A stretch of DNA of 64,000 nt from Squalus acanthias (GCA_030390025.1 CM059452.1:6386001-6450000), one strand, 5' to 3'; positions 11,764 through 24,837 are shown, counted from the stretch's first letter. Translations and numbers: made by a program. The notes: generated by a model not told the origin, from the letters alone.

Positions 11764-14051
11764 TGTAGGCCGATGAGACTCTGTTAAGGTGCCATGTGCT
11801 GCTGGACCGCTCTGCATTTTGCCTGTAATGGAAAATAACTGAAGATTTGTCCCAGTGTAACCTTTGCTGTCATGAAATGAGTGTGTCTTTTAATGAGCCT
11901 CACGTCCTTGCTCAAGTCGGCTGCAATTGTCAAATCTCAGATGCCGTAATCGTGACCATCTTCAAGAAAGGTGACAAGTCCGATTGCGGTAATTACAGAG
12001 GAGTTTCCCTGCTGTCTGCCACAGGAAAGTCATCGCAAGAATCCTCCTCAATCGCCTTCTCCCAGTGGCTGAAGAGCTCCTCCCAGAGTCGCAATGCGGA
12101 TTCCGCCCACTAAGGGGCACAATGGACATGATCTTCACCGCGCGTCAAATAGAAGAGAAATGCAGGGAACAGCACAAACCGCTGTACATGGCCTTCTTTG
12201 ACCTCACAAAGGCCTTCGGCACTGTCAACCGTGAGGGATTATGGAGTGTCCTCCTCAAATTCGGCTGCCCTCAAAAGTTTGTCACCATCCTCCGCCTGCT
12301 TCACAACGACATGTAAGCCGTGATCCTGACCAACGGATCCACCACAGACCCAATTCACGTATGGACCGGGGTCAAGCAAGGCTGTGTCATCGCACCAACG
12401 CTCTTCTCGATCTTCCTGGCTGCAATGCTCCATCTCACCCTCAGTAAGCTCCCCGCTGGAGTGGAGCTAATCTACAGAACAAACGGGAAACTGTTCAATC
12501 TCCGTCGCCTCCAGTCCAGATCCAAGGTTGTCCCATCCTCTGTCATCGAATTACAGTATGCAGACGACGCTTGCGTCTGCGCTCACTCTGAGGTCGAACT
12601 CCAAACCATCGTCAACACCTTCACCGAAGCGTACGAGAGCATGGGCCTTACACTAAACATCCGTAAGACAAAGGTCCTCTACCAACCTGCCCCCGCCACA
12701 CAGTACTGCCCCCGATTATCAAAATCCACGACAAGGCCTTGGACAACGTGGACCACTTTCCATACCTCGGGAGCCGACTGTCATCAAGGGCAGACGTCGA
12801 TGACGAAGTCCAACACTGCCTTCAGTGTGCCAGTGCAGCCTTCGGTCGCCTGAGGAAGAGAGTGTTTGAAGACCAGGACCTCAAACCCGGCACCAAGCTC
12901 ATGGTCTACAGAGCAGCAGTGATACCCGCCCTCCTGTATGCCTCAGAGACATGGACCATGTACAGCAGGCACCTCAAAGCACTGGAGAGGTACCACCAAC
13001 GCTGCCTCCGCAAGATCCTGCAAATCCATTGGCAGGATAGGCGCACCAACGTCAGTGTACTCGCTCAGGTCAACATCCCCAGCATCGAAGCTTTGACCAT
13101 GCTTGATCAGCTCCGATGGACAGGTCACATCGTCCACATGCCCGATACGAGATTCCCAAAACAAGCGCTCTACTCGGAGCTCCGACACGGCAAGAGAGCC
13201 CCAGGTGAGCAGAGGAAACGCTTCAAGGACACCCTCAAAGCCTCGTTGAAAAAGTGCAATATCCCCACTGACACCTGGGAATCCCTGGCCCAAGACCGCA
13301 CAAAGTGCAGGAGAAGCATCTGGGAAGGCGCCAAACACCTCGAGTCTCTTCGGCGGGAGCAAGCGGAAGCCAAGCACAAACAGCGGAAGGAGCGCACGTC
13401 AACCCAAGCACCCCACCCACCCGCCCCTTCAACCACCGTCTGCCCCACCTGTGACAGAGACTGTAGGTCCTGCATTGGACTCATCAGTCACCTGAGAACT
13501 CATTGTTAGTGTGGAAGTAAGTCATCCTCGGTTCCCAGGGACTGCCTAAGAAGAAGATGATTTTGCCTGTAATGAAAATAACTGAAGATTTGTCCCAGTG
13601 TAACCTTTGCTGTCATGAAATGAGTGTATTTTAATGAGCCTCACGTCCTTGCTCATGTCGGCTGCAATTGTGTAGAAAGGGGATGTGTGAAGAGATGGTC
13701 TGTGTATGGAGATGTGAGAGAAGGAAATGGTGTGTGTGTGTGATAGTGACACAGCCTTGTGGTCACAGTCAGAACAATGCACAGATATCCTTGTGGTTAT
13801 GGTTTGGGCAGGGCCAGATCAATAATGTAGTAAACAAGTGAAATATAAATATCGCCAGTGTAGTCGCAGCTTGTTAGAACAGACCTGGGGAGAAGAGAGC
13901 TCTGAATCCACTGTATTATCCCTGTTCTCCGGATCGGGTAACTATACTCTGTAGCTTTGCAGTGCCGTTAATAAAGTCAGTAAAAGACAGTCTGTTGTGA
14001 GCTTGATTATCTGGTGTCTGAAACCACAAGACTCAATCTTTAGACTCAACA
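11764..14051 (+). mobile_element. Solo-LTR-like element (~0.55 kb net) interrupted by an RTE LINE
   Basis: TGT...ACA ends, TATA-like atataaat ~13843, AATAAA ~13970. Flanked by 47-bp direct repeats at 11718-11764 and 14052-14098. Confidence 0.5.
11931..13559 (+). mobile_element. 5'-truncated RTE (BovB-like) LINE
   Basis: ORF pieces with ESQCGFRP, FFDLTKAF, GVKQGC, LQYADD and a C-terminal CxxC...HxxxH. One stop and frameshifts, (GAA)n tail, ~115-bp flanking direct repeats. Confidence 0.92.
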
Positions 14052-14239
14052 AGATGAACAAGTAAACACATCACTGCCCAATACTCCAGCTCTATATTCA
14101 CAGGAGAAAGTCTGTTATCACACTCCTCGAGTGGACAGAATAAAGAAAAATCCCAACTCAGAACCTCCAGATTAATTTGTAAATATCTTTCAAATCCTGA
14201 CTGATATCAATTGTCATTGTACGTTCCATTGAAGACGAG

Positions 14240-17200
14240 AGAGGGGCTGGAGAGTAGAGGTGAAAGAGGAGTTGGGGTGAGGGGGTTGGAGAGTAGGGGT
14301 GAAAGAGGAGTTGGGGTGAGGGGGTTGGAGAGTAGGGCTGAAAGAGGAGTTGGGGTGAGGGGGTTGGAGAGTAGGAGTGAAAGAGGAGTTGGGGTGAGGG
14401 GGGTTGGAGAGTAGGGCTGAAAGAGGAGTTGGGGTGAGGGGCGTTGGAGAGTAGGGGTGAAAGAGGAGTTGGGGTGAGGGGGTTGGAGAGTAGGGGTGAA
14501 AGAGGAGTTGGGGTGAGGGGGTTGGAGAGTAGGGGTGAAAGAGGAGTTGGGGTGAGGGGGTTGGAGAGTAGGGGTGAAAGAGGAGTTGGGGTGAGGGGGT
14601 TGGAGAGTAGGGGTGAAAGAGGAGTTGGGGTGAGGGGGTTGGAGAGTAGGGGTGAAAGAGGAGTTGGGGTGAGGGGGGTTGGAGAGTAGGGGTGAAAGAG
14701 GAGTTGGGGTGAGGGGGGTTGGAGAGTAGGGGTGAAAGAGGAGTTGGGGTGAGGGGTTGGAGAGTAGGGGTGAAAGAGGAGTTGGGGTGAGGGGGTTGGA
14801 GAGTAGGGGTGAAAGAGGAGTTGGGGTGAGGGGGTTGGAGAGTAGGGGTGAAAGAGGAGTTGGGGTGAGGGGGTTGGAGAGTAGGGGTGAAAGAGGAGTT
14901 GGGGTGAGGGGGTTGGAGAGTAGGGGTGAAAGAGGAGTTGGGGTGAGGGGGTTGGAGAGTAGGGGTGAAAGAGGAGTTGGGGTGAGGGGGTTGGAGAGTA
15001 GGGGTGAAAGAGGAGTTGGGGTGAGGGGGTTGGAGAGTAGGGGTGAAAGAGGAGTTGGGGTGAGGGGGTTGGAGAGTAGGGGTGAAAGAGGAGTTGGGGT
15101 GAGGGGGTTGGAGAGTAGGGGTGAAAGAGGAGTTGGGGTGAGGGGGTTGGAGAGTAGGGGTGAAAGAGGAGTTGGGGTGAGGGGGTTGGAGAGTAGGGGT
15201 GAAAGAGGAGTTGGGGTGAGGGGGGTTGGAGAGTAGGGGTGAAAGAGGAGTTGGGGTGAGGGGGGTTGGAGAGTAGGGGTGAAAGAGGAGTTGGGGTGAG
15301 GGGGTTGGAGAGTAGGGGTGAAAGAGGAGTTGGGGTGAGGGGGTTGGAGAGTAGGGGTGAAAGAGGAGTTGGGGTGAGGGGGGTTGGAGAGTAGGGGTGA
15401 AAGAGGAGTTGGGGTGAGGGGGTTGGAGAGTAGGGGTGAAAGAGGAGTTGGGGTGAGGGGGTTGGAGAGTAGGGGTGAAAGAGGAGTTGGGGTGAGGGGG
15501 TTGGAGAGTAGGGGTGAAAGAGGAGTTGGGGTGAGGGGGGTTGGAGAGTAGGGGTGAAAGAGGAGTTGGGGTGAGGGGGTTGGAGAGTAGGGGTGAAAGA
15601 GGAGTTGGGGTGAGGGGGTTGGAGAGTAGGGGTGAAAGAGGAGTTGGGGTGAGGGGGGTTGGAGAGTAGGGGTGAAAGAGGAGTTGGGGTGAGGGGGTTG
15701 GAGAGTAGGGGTGAAAGAGGAGTTGGGGTGAGGGGGTTGGAGAGTAGGGGTGAAAGAGGAGTTGGGGTGAGGGGGTTGGAGAGTAGGGGTGAAAGAGGAG
15801 TTGGGGTGAGGGGGTTGGAGAGTAGGGGTGAAAGAGGAGTTGGGGTGAGGGGGGTTGGAGAGTAGGGGTGAAAGAGGAGTTGGGGTGAGGGGGTTGGAGA
15901 GTAGGGGTGAAAGAGGAGTTGGGGTGAGGGGGGTTGGAGAGTAGGGGTGAAAGAGGAGTTGGGGTGAGGGGGTTGGAGAGTAGGGGTGAAAGAGGAGTTG
16001 GGGTGAGGGGGTTGGAGAGTAGGGGTGAAAGAGGAGTTGGGGTGAGGGGGTTGGAGAGTAGGGGTGAAAGAGGAGTTGGGGTGAGGGGGGTTGGAGAGTA
16101 GGGGTGAAAGAGGAGTTGGGGTGAGGAGGGTTGGAGAGTAGGAGTGAGAGAGGAGTTGGGGTGAGGGGGTTGGAGAGTAGGGTGTGAAAGAGGAGTTGGG
16201 GTTGAGAGGGGTTGGAGAGTAGGGGTGAAAGAGGAGTTGGGGTGAGGGGGGTTGGAGAGTAGGGGTGAAAGAGGAGTAGGGGTGAGGGGGGTTGGAGAGT
16301 AGGGGTGAAAGAGGAGTTGGGGTGATGGGGTTGGAGAGTAGGGGTGAAGGAGGAGTTGGGGTGATGGGGGTTGGAGAGTAGGTGTGAAAGAGGAATTGGG
16401 GTGAGGGGTGTTGGAGAGTAGGGGTGAAGGAGGAGTTGGGGTGAGGGGGGTTGGAGAGTAGGGGTGAAGGAGGAGTTGGGGTGAGGGGATTGGAGAGTAG
16501 GGGTGAAAGAGGAGTTGTGGTGAGGGGGTTGGAGAGTAGGGGTGAAAGAGGAGTTGGGGTGAGGGGGTTGGAGAGTAGGGGTGAAAGAGGAGTTGGGGTG
16601 AGGGGGTTGGAGAGTAGGGGTGAAAGAGGAGTTGGGGTGAGGGGGTTGGAGAGTAGGGGTGAAAGAGGAGTTGGGGTGAGGGGGTTGGAGAGTAGGGGTG
16701 AAAGAGGAGTTGGGTGAGGGGGTTGGAGAGTAGGGGTGAAAGAGGAGTTGGGGTGAAGGGGGTTGGAGAGTAGGGGTGAAAGAGGAGTTGGGGTGAGGGG
16801 TTTGGAGAGTAGGGGTGAAAGAGGAGTTGGGGTGAGGGGGGTTGGAGAGTTGGGGTGAAAGAGGAGTTGGGGTGAGGGGGGTTGGAGAGTAGGGGTGAAA
16901 GAGGAGTTGGGGTGAGGGGGTTGGAGAGTAGGGGTGAAAGAGGAGTTGGGGTGAGGGGGGTTGGAGAGTAGGGGTGAAAGAGGAGTTGGGGTGAGGGGGG
17001 TTGGAGAGTCGGGGTGAAGAGGGAGTTGGGGTGAGGGGGTTGGAGAGTAGGGGTGAAAGAGGAGTTGGGGTGAGGGGGTTGGAGAGTAGGGGTGAAAGAG
17101 GAGTTGGGGTGAGGGGGTTGGAGAGTAGGGGTGAAAGAGGAGTTGGGGTGAGGGGGTTGGAGAGTAGGGGTGAAAGAGGAGTTGGGGTGAGGGGGTTGGA

Positions 17201-17578
17201 GAGTAGGGGTGAAAGAGGAGTTGGGGTGAGGGGGTTGGAGAGTAGGGGTGAAAGAGGAGTTGGGGTGAGGGGGTTGGAGAGTAGGGGTGAAAGAGGAGTT
17301 GGGGTGAGGGGGGTTGGAGAGTAGGGGTGAAAGAGGAGTTGGGGTGAGGGGGGTTGGAGAGTAGGGGTGAAAGAGGAGTTGGGATGATGGGTGTTGTAGA
17401 GTAGGGGTGAAAGTGGAGTTGGGGTGAGGGGGGTTGGAGAGTAGGGGTGAAAGAGGATTTGGGGTGAGGGGGTTGGAGAGTAGGGGTGAAAGAGGAGCTG
17501 GGGTGAGGGGTTGGAGAGTAGGGGTGAAAGAGGAGTTGGGTTGAGGGCGGTTTGAGAGTAGGGGTGAAAGAGGAGTTG
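14240..17578. repeat. 39-bp G-rich minisatellite (~85 units)
   Basis: Unit ggggtgaaagaggagttggggtgagggggttggagagta; translates with a 13-aa period; plus strand almost free of C. Confidence 0.97.
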
Positions 17579-17580
17579 TG

Positions 17581-17686
17581 ACCACATACAGTGAGACACC
17601 AAATCCAGGGACCACTTACACTGAGACACCAAATCCAGGGACCACTTACAATGAGACACCAAATCCAGGGACCACTTACACTGAGA
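17581..17686. repeat. 30-bp tandem repeat (~3.5 units)
   Basis: accacttacactgagacaccaaatccaggg repeated. Confidence 0.9.
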
Positions 17687-19088
17687 ACATAAGAACATAA
17701 GAAATAGGAGCAGGAATAGGCCACTAGGCCCCTTGAGCCTGCTCCGCCATTCAATAAGATCATGGCTGATCTTGGGCTCAAAGCCACTTCCCCGCCCGCT
17801 CCCCATAACCCTTCACTCCCTCACCTTGCAAAAATTTGTCTATCTCCACCTTAAATGTATTTAATCACCCAGCCTCCACAGCTCTCTGGGGCAGTGAATT
17901 CCACAGATTTACGACCCTCTGAGAGAAGAAATTCCTCCTCATCTCAGTTCTAAAAGGGCGACCCTTTATTCTAAAACTGTGCCCCCGAGTTCTAGATTTC
18001 CCCACGAGGGGAAACATCCTCTCTGGACTGGTCGAGCCCCCTCAGTATCTTATATGTTTCAATAAGATCACCTCTCATTCTTCTAAATTCCAATGAGTAT
18101 AGGCCCAGCATGCTCAACCTTTCCTCATAAGTCAACCCCCTCATCTCTGGAATTAACCTCGTGAATCGTTTCTTAACTGCCTCCAATGCAAGTATATCCT
18201 TCCTTAAATAAGGAGACCAAAACTATACGCAGTACTCAAGGTGTGGTCTCACCAATACCCTGTACAGTTGCAGCAGGACTTCCCTGCTTTTATACTCCAA
18301 CCCCCTTGAAATAAAGGCCAACATTCCATTTGCCTTTTTGATTACTTGCTGTACCTGCATGCTAACTTTTTGTGTTTCATGCACAAGGACCCCCAGGTCC
18401 CTCTGTACTGTAGCATTTTGTAATCTCTCTCCATTTTAATAATAATTTGCTTTTTTATTTTTCCTGCCAATGTGTATAACCTCGCACTTTCCCACATTAT
18501 ACTCCATCTGCCAAATGTTTGCCCACTCACTTAGCCTGTCCATATCCCTTTGCAGATTCTTTGAGTCCTCTGCACAACTTGCTTTCCCACCCATCTTTGT
18601 ATCATCCACAAACTTGGCTACATTACACTCGGTCCCTTCATCCAAGTCATTAATGTAGATTGTAAATAGTTGAGGCCCCAGCACCGATCCCTGTGGAACC
18701 CCACTAGTTACCGTTTGCCAACCGGAAAATGACCCATTTATCCCGGCTCTCTGCTTTCTGTTAGTTAGCCAATTCTCTCTTCATGCTAATATATTACCCC
18801 CAACTCCGTGAGCTCTTATCTTATGCAGTAACCTTTTATGTGGCACCTTATCGAATGCCTTCTGGAAATCCAAATACACCACATCCACTGGTTCATCTTT
18901 GTCCAACCTGCTTGTTACCTCCTCAAAGAACTCCAGCAAGTTTGTTAAACATGATTTCCCTTTCATAAAACCATGCCTACTCTGCTTGACTGCATTATGA
19001 TTTTCCAAATGCCCTTCTACTGCATCCTTCATGAAGGACTCCAGCATTTTCCCAACGACAGATGTTAGGCTAACTGGTCTATAGTTTC
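17685..19088 (-). mobile_element. 5'-truncated CR1 LINE
   Basis: Tail (aacataag)n plus 3' UTR. Minus ORFs with KSCLTNLLEFFE, DFQKAFDKVPH, FVDDTK and RRMRGDLIETYK. Confidence 0.93.
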
Positions 19089-22000
19089 ATAGAGTCATAG
19101 GGGTAAAAATTCAGTTGGTTGCGCCTCCCGTTAGCGCCTTAAGAGGGCGCTAATGGGGCGCAAAGCCACTAACGCCCGGGCGCAGCGATGTTTGCGCCGC
19201 TCGGGAACTTAACTAGAGATTGTGCAGCGGCGCTAAACTTTACCGCTGCGACCACCTGCGCGCGCAGATTGTGACGTCATTCCATGGTGCAACGCCCTTG
19301 TGGCGCCCCGGAGCGGAAATTGAGTGGCGCCCCCTGCCTTACCGCCTGGCGCATCCAACGACCAGAAGACTGGAACGCTATCAATCGCTGTGGGGCTGGG
19401 GGGGGGGGGGGGGGGGGGCGCTATTTAAAGGGGGCCTCTTCCTGTCTTTTATTGTTGGTGGCATTTTTGAACTACGCATTCTGAGAGAGAGAGGGAGAGA
19501 CTTCTGGAGAGATTCAACGTTGTGTGAAGGAGTTTTGGGTACTGAGCAGCACTTTGCAGGTTCTTTTTGATTTGCTATTCCTTGTATCGATTTAGCAGAG
19601 ACTGTGGGAGCTGCACTCTGAGCTCTTTGCCTGGTACTCTCCATTGTTCTTTCCAGCACATTTGATGTGCAAGTCTCTCCAGGCCGAGATTCAAGGCTGC
19701 AATGAACAGGATGTGGATGGAAAGCAAGATTAACCATCCCCTTTAAGAACTGGCCCGTGCCATTGTGTGTGTGTTCCATTGCTGACTGATATTACATGAG
19801 CTTCGCCAGCGCTCTGAGTTAGCGCCTCACTCCTTGGCCTTTGCGCCTTAAGACAGGTGTGCAGCGCCTGATTTAGCGCTCCACTCACCTCCCGGGGCGG
19901 TAAAAGTGAAGTTTCCAGTCAATGCCGATAATTAGCGCCAGGCGCTAATATTTGCGTCCAGACGATATTTGCGCCCCAAATGGGGCGCGACCTAATTTTT
20001 CCCCCATAGAGTTATACAGCACTGAAAGAGGCCCTTCGGCCCATCGTGTACGTGCCGGCCATCAAGCCCTGTCTATTCTAATCCCATTTTCCAGCACTTG
20101 GTACGTAGCCTTGTATGCTATGGCGTTTCAAGTGCTCATCTAAATGCTTCTTGAATGTTGTGAGGGTTCCTGCCTCTACCACCCTTTCAGACAGTGAGTT
20201 CCAGATTCCAACCACCGTCTGGGTGAAAAGGTTTTTCCTCAAATCCCCTCTAAACCTCCTGCCCCTTACCTTGAAACTATGTCCCCTGGTTATTGACCCC
20301 TCTACTAAGGGGAAAAGTTCCTTTCTATCTACCCTATCTATGCCCCTCATAATTTTGTACACCTCAATCAGGTCCCCCCTCAGCCTTCTCTGCTCTAAGT
20401 AAAACAACCCCAGCCTATCCAGTCTCTCTTCATAGCTGAAGCGCTGCAGCCCAGGTAACATCCTGGTGAATCTCCTCTGCACCCTCTCCAGTGCAATCAC
20501 ATCCTTCCTGTAGTGTGGCGACCAGAACTGCACACAGTATTCCAGCTGTGACCTAACTAGCATTTTGTACAGCTCCATCATAACCTCCCTGCTCTTATAT
20601 TCTATGCCTCGGCTAATGAAGGCAAGTATCCCATATGCCTTTTTAACCACCTTATGTATCTGTCCTGCTGCCTTCAGGGATCTATGTACATGCACACCAA
20701 GGTCCCTCTGATCCTCTGTCCTTCCTAGGGTCCGACCATTCATTGTGTATTCCCTTGCCTTGTTAGTCCTCCCAAAATGCATCACCTCACACTTTTCAGG
20801 GTTAAATTCCATTTGCCACTGTTCTGCCCATCTGACCAACCCGTCTATATCGTCCTGTAGCCTGAGGATTCCCTCCTCGCTATTTACCACCCCACCAATT
20901 TTCAGTCATCTGCGAACTTACTGATCATACCTCCTACATTCATATCTAAATCATTAATGTACACTACAAACAGCAAAGGACCCAGCACCGATCCCTGCAG
21001 TATACCACTGGACACAGGCTTCCAGTCACAAAAACAATCTTCGACCATCACCCTCTGCCTCCTGCCACTAAGCCAATTTTGTATCCAATGTGCCAAATTG
21101 CCCTGGATCCCATGGGCTCTTACCTTCTTGACCAGTCTCCCATGCGGGACTTTGTCAAAAGCCTTGCTGAAGTCCATGTAGACCACATCAACCGCACTAC
21201 CCTCATCCACACACCTAGTCACCCCCTCGAAAAATTCAATCAAATTGGTCAGACATGATCTCCCCCTGACAAAGCCATGCTGACTATCCTTGATTAATCC
21301 TTGCCTCTCCAAGTGGAGACTAATTCTGTCCCTCAGAATTTTTTCAATAATTTCCCTACCACTGATGTTAGGCTCACTGGCCTGTAATTCCCTGGTTTAT
21401 CCCTACTACCCTTCTTGAATAATGGTACTACATTAGCTGTCCTCCAGTCCTCTGGCACCTTCCCTGTGGCCAGAGAGGTTCTGAAAATTTGTGTCAGAGC
21501 CCCTGCAATCTCCTCCCTGCCTCACACAGCAGCCTGGGATACATCTCGTCTGGGCCTGGGGATTTATCCACTTTTAAGCACGCTAAAACCGCTAGTACCT
21601 CCTCCCTCTCAATACTAATTTGTTCAAGTATATCACAATCCCCCTGCCTGATTTCTATGCCTACAATAGTCCTTCTCCATAGTGAACACAGATGCAAAAT
21701 ATTCATTTAAAACCTCACCCACATCTTTCGGCTGTACACACAGATTGCCACTTTGGTCCCTAATGGGCCCTACTCTTTCCCTGGTTATCCTATTGCCCTT
21801 AATATACTTATAAAACACCTTGGGATTTTCCTTTATTTTGCCCGCCAGTGTTATTTCATGCCCCCTCTTCGCTCTCCTAATTTCTTTTTTAAGTACCCCC
21901 CTGCACTTTCTATACACCTCTAGGGCTTCCACTGTTTTTAGTCCTTTGTATCTGCCAAAAGCCTCCCTTTTTTTCCTAATCCATTCTTGTATATCCCTTG

Positions 22001-22575
22001 ACATCCAGGGTTCCCTGGGCTTGTTGGTCCCACCCTTGACCTTTACGGGAACATGTTGGCGTTGTACTCTCTCTATTTGCTTTCTGAATGACTCCCACTG
22101 CTCTGATGTGGATTTTCCTACAAGTAGCTGATCCCAGTCCACTTTGGCCAGATCCTGCCTTATCATATTAAAATTGGCCTTCCCCCAATTTAGAACCTTT
22201 ATTTCCGGTCCATCTTTGTCCTTTTCCATGACTACCTTAAATCTCACCGAATTATGCTCACTGTCACCAAAATGCTCTCCTACTGACACTTCTACCACTT
22301 ACCCGGCTACATTCCCAAGAATTAGGTCCAGTACCGCCCCCTCTCTTGTAGGACTTTCTACATGATGACTCATTAAGCTCTCCTGGATGCACTTTAAGAA
22401 TTCCGCACCCTCTAAGCCTTTCACACTCTGACTATCCCAGTTAATATTGGGGAAGTTGAAATCCCCTGCTATTATTACCCTATTATTTCTACACTTCTCT
22501 GAGATTTGCCTACATGTTTGTTCCTCTATCTCCCCCTGACTGTTTGGGGGCCTATAGTACACTCCCAGCAAAGTG
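19089..22575 (-). mobile_element. CR1 LINE (endonuclease end to 3' tail), frameshifted
   Basis: Minus ORFs: GVYYRPPNS/GDFNFP (APE endonuclease), DFSKAFDKVPH, SKFADD, RRLRGDLIEVYK. Its (atagagtc)n tail is split by the MITE. Confidence 0.93.
19100..20005. mobile_element. Non-autonomous DNA transposon (PIF/Harbinger-like MITE) inserted in a CR1 tail
   Basis: TIRs ggggtaaaaatt / aatttttccccc (11 of 12 match), 3-bp TSD ATA (19097-19099, 20006-20008), subterminal ttagcgcc repeats. Confidence 0.8.
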
Positions 22576-23910
22576 CTGAGTATTCCATCACACTCCTTAC
22601 TTGTGCCTTGTAGATGGTAGAAAGGCTTTGGGGAGTCAGGAGGTGAGACAGTCGCCGCAGAATAACTAGCCTCTGACCTGCTCTTGTAGCCACAATATTT
22701 ATGTGGCTGGTCCAGTTAAGTTTCTGGTCAATGGTGACCCCCTGGATGTTGATGGTGGGGGATTCGGTGATGGTAATGCCATTGAATGACAAATGCGGTG
22801 GTTAGACTCTCGCTTGTTGGAGATAGTTATTACCTGGCACTTTTGTGGCGTGAATGTTGCCTGCCACTTATCAACCCAAGCCTGAACGTCGTCCAGGTCT
22901 TGTTGCATGCGGGCATGGACTGTTTCATTATGTGAGGAGTTGTGAATGGCGCTGAACATTGTGCAGTCATCAGCGAACATCCCCATTTCTGACCTTATGT
23001 TGGAGGAAAGTTCATTGATGAAGCAGCTGAAGATGGTTGGGCCTAGGACACTGCCCTGAGGAACTCCTGCAGCGATGTCCTGGGGCTGTGATGATTGACC
23101 TTCAATCACCACAACCATCTTCCTTTGTGCTAGGTATGACTCCAGCCACTGGAGCGTTTTCCCCCGGATTCCCATTGACTTCAGTTTTACTCAGGTTCCT
23201 TGATGCCACACTCGGTCAAATGCTGCCTTGATGTCAAGGGCAGTCACTCTCACCTCACCTCTGGAATTCAGCTCCTTTGTCCATGTTTGGACCAAGGCTG
23301 TAATGAGGTCGGAGCCGAGTGGTCTTGGCCGAACCCAAACTGGGCATCAGTGAGCAGGTTATTGGTGAATAAGTGCCGCTTGATAGCACAGTCGTTGACA
23401 CCTTCCATCACTTTGATGATGATTGAGAGTAGACTGATCAGGCGGTAATTGGCCAGATTGGATTTGTCCTGCTTGTTGTGGACAGGACATAGCTGGGCAG
23501 TTTTCCACATTGTCGGATAGATTCCATTGTTGTAGCTGTACTGGAGCAGCTTGGCTCGAGGCGCGGCTCGTTCTGGAGCACGAGTCTTCAGCACGATAGC
23601 CCGGATGTTGTCGGGGCCCATAGCCTTTGCTGTATCCAATACGCTCAGCCGTTTCTTGATGTCGCATGTAGTGAATCGAATTGGCTGAAGACTGGCTTCT
23701 GTGATGGTGGGGACCTCGGGAGTCGGCCGATAGGGATCATCCACTCGGCATTTCTGGCTGAAGATGGCTGCAAACACTTTTGCACTCAAGTGCTGGGCTC
23801 CACCATGATTGAGGATGGAGATATTCATGGAGCCTCCTCCTCCTGTTAGTTGTTTAATGGTCCACCACCATTCACGACTGGATGTGGCAGGACTGCAGAG
23901 CTTTGATCTG
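22576..23910 (-). mobile_element. CR1/L2-group LINE RT fragment (same family as 1-812)
   Basis: Minus ORFs with KAMGPDNI, NYRLISLLS, QFGF, GVPQGSVLGP and MFADDCT. Confidence 0.88.
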
Positions 23911-24575
23911 ATGGGACAGTGTAGAGGGAAACAGGGATAGGTACATTTTTATTTTGACGATCAATTGCACAAAGTTATTACACACTCGAGGTATATATCA
24001 GGAGATTCTGTGTGATGTTGAGGTGATCACTGGACAATAAACCACAGAGACTGGTGGGTAGCTGCTCATTATCCTCGGTGTGATTTCATTCCCTTCCCAA
24101 CTGAATACTGCGGACAGACAGGATCACCATGGTAACGGACTGGTCATTGTGACATCACTTTCTAAACAAGAGCACTCAGAGAATGGGTTATCAACAAATG
24201 TTAAAGGAATTAAACGATCAGAAATTACATTTTGAATAAAATAAAATAAAATGGTGAAAAATAACTGGTGAACATAATCATTTTTTGTGGAATGCACTTG
24301 CAAACATTGACAAAAATGTGTTTTGTACACACTCACACACACACATCACACATATATACAGCAAACACTTCTTGTGCGCTCTATTCAGTTGTTCCTCTTA
24401 ACCAGATGAGAGATTAATAACTCGGTGGACATTAGGACCCCGCGGCAGCCCATACGCCGGTGCTGTGAGGTCACGGTTCCAGGCTCTGTCACACAATCAG
24501 TGGGTCCCGCGAAAGATCAATAGAAAATACTGCAGGAAAAATAAAGTAATCTTTAACACAACAGCGCTTGCCACT
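23911..24575. repeat. Segmental-duplication block A, copy 1
   Basis: Colinear with 53550-54210. Both copies have a 67-bp satellite end on the left and a 27-bp satellite on the right. Confidence 0.9.
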
Positions 24576-24837
24576 AAGTAGATCAAAGTTCAGTGCACTA
24601 TTGCTCACCTTTAGTCCTGTCCCTCAATCCCAGCTCTTCTCTGGGTGCTTGTCACAAGATTCACCCCATCATTTCAACACAAATATTACCGACAAAATAC
24701 CCGATCAATTAGAAATTACACACAGCTGCTGATAGCTATTAACAACAATAAACTTATGCTTCCAACCATAAATGATTGCATCCTCCCACCCACTCACATA
24801 TTGCAGTAACCAAAATTAATATCATACTTTAGGTTAA

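Noticed and set aside
14158-17806. Three >1100-aa Pro/Ser-rich minus-strand ORFs (extensin- or mucin-like)
   Set aside because: All three frames are open only because the C-rich strand of the 39-bp satellite lacks stops; two of the starts lie in a CR1 tail.
24121-24161. SDVTMTSP resembling an Ig light-chain V start, or caccatggt resembling a J segment
   Set aside because: Immediately followed by a stop; no Cys/Trp framework and no RSS.
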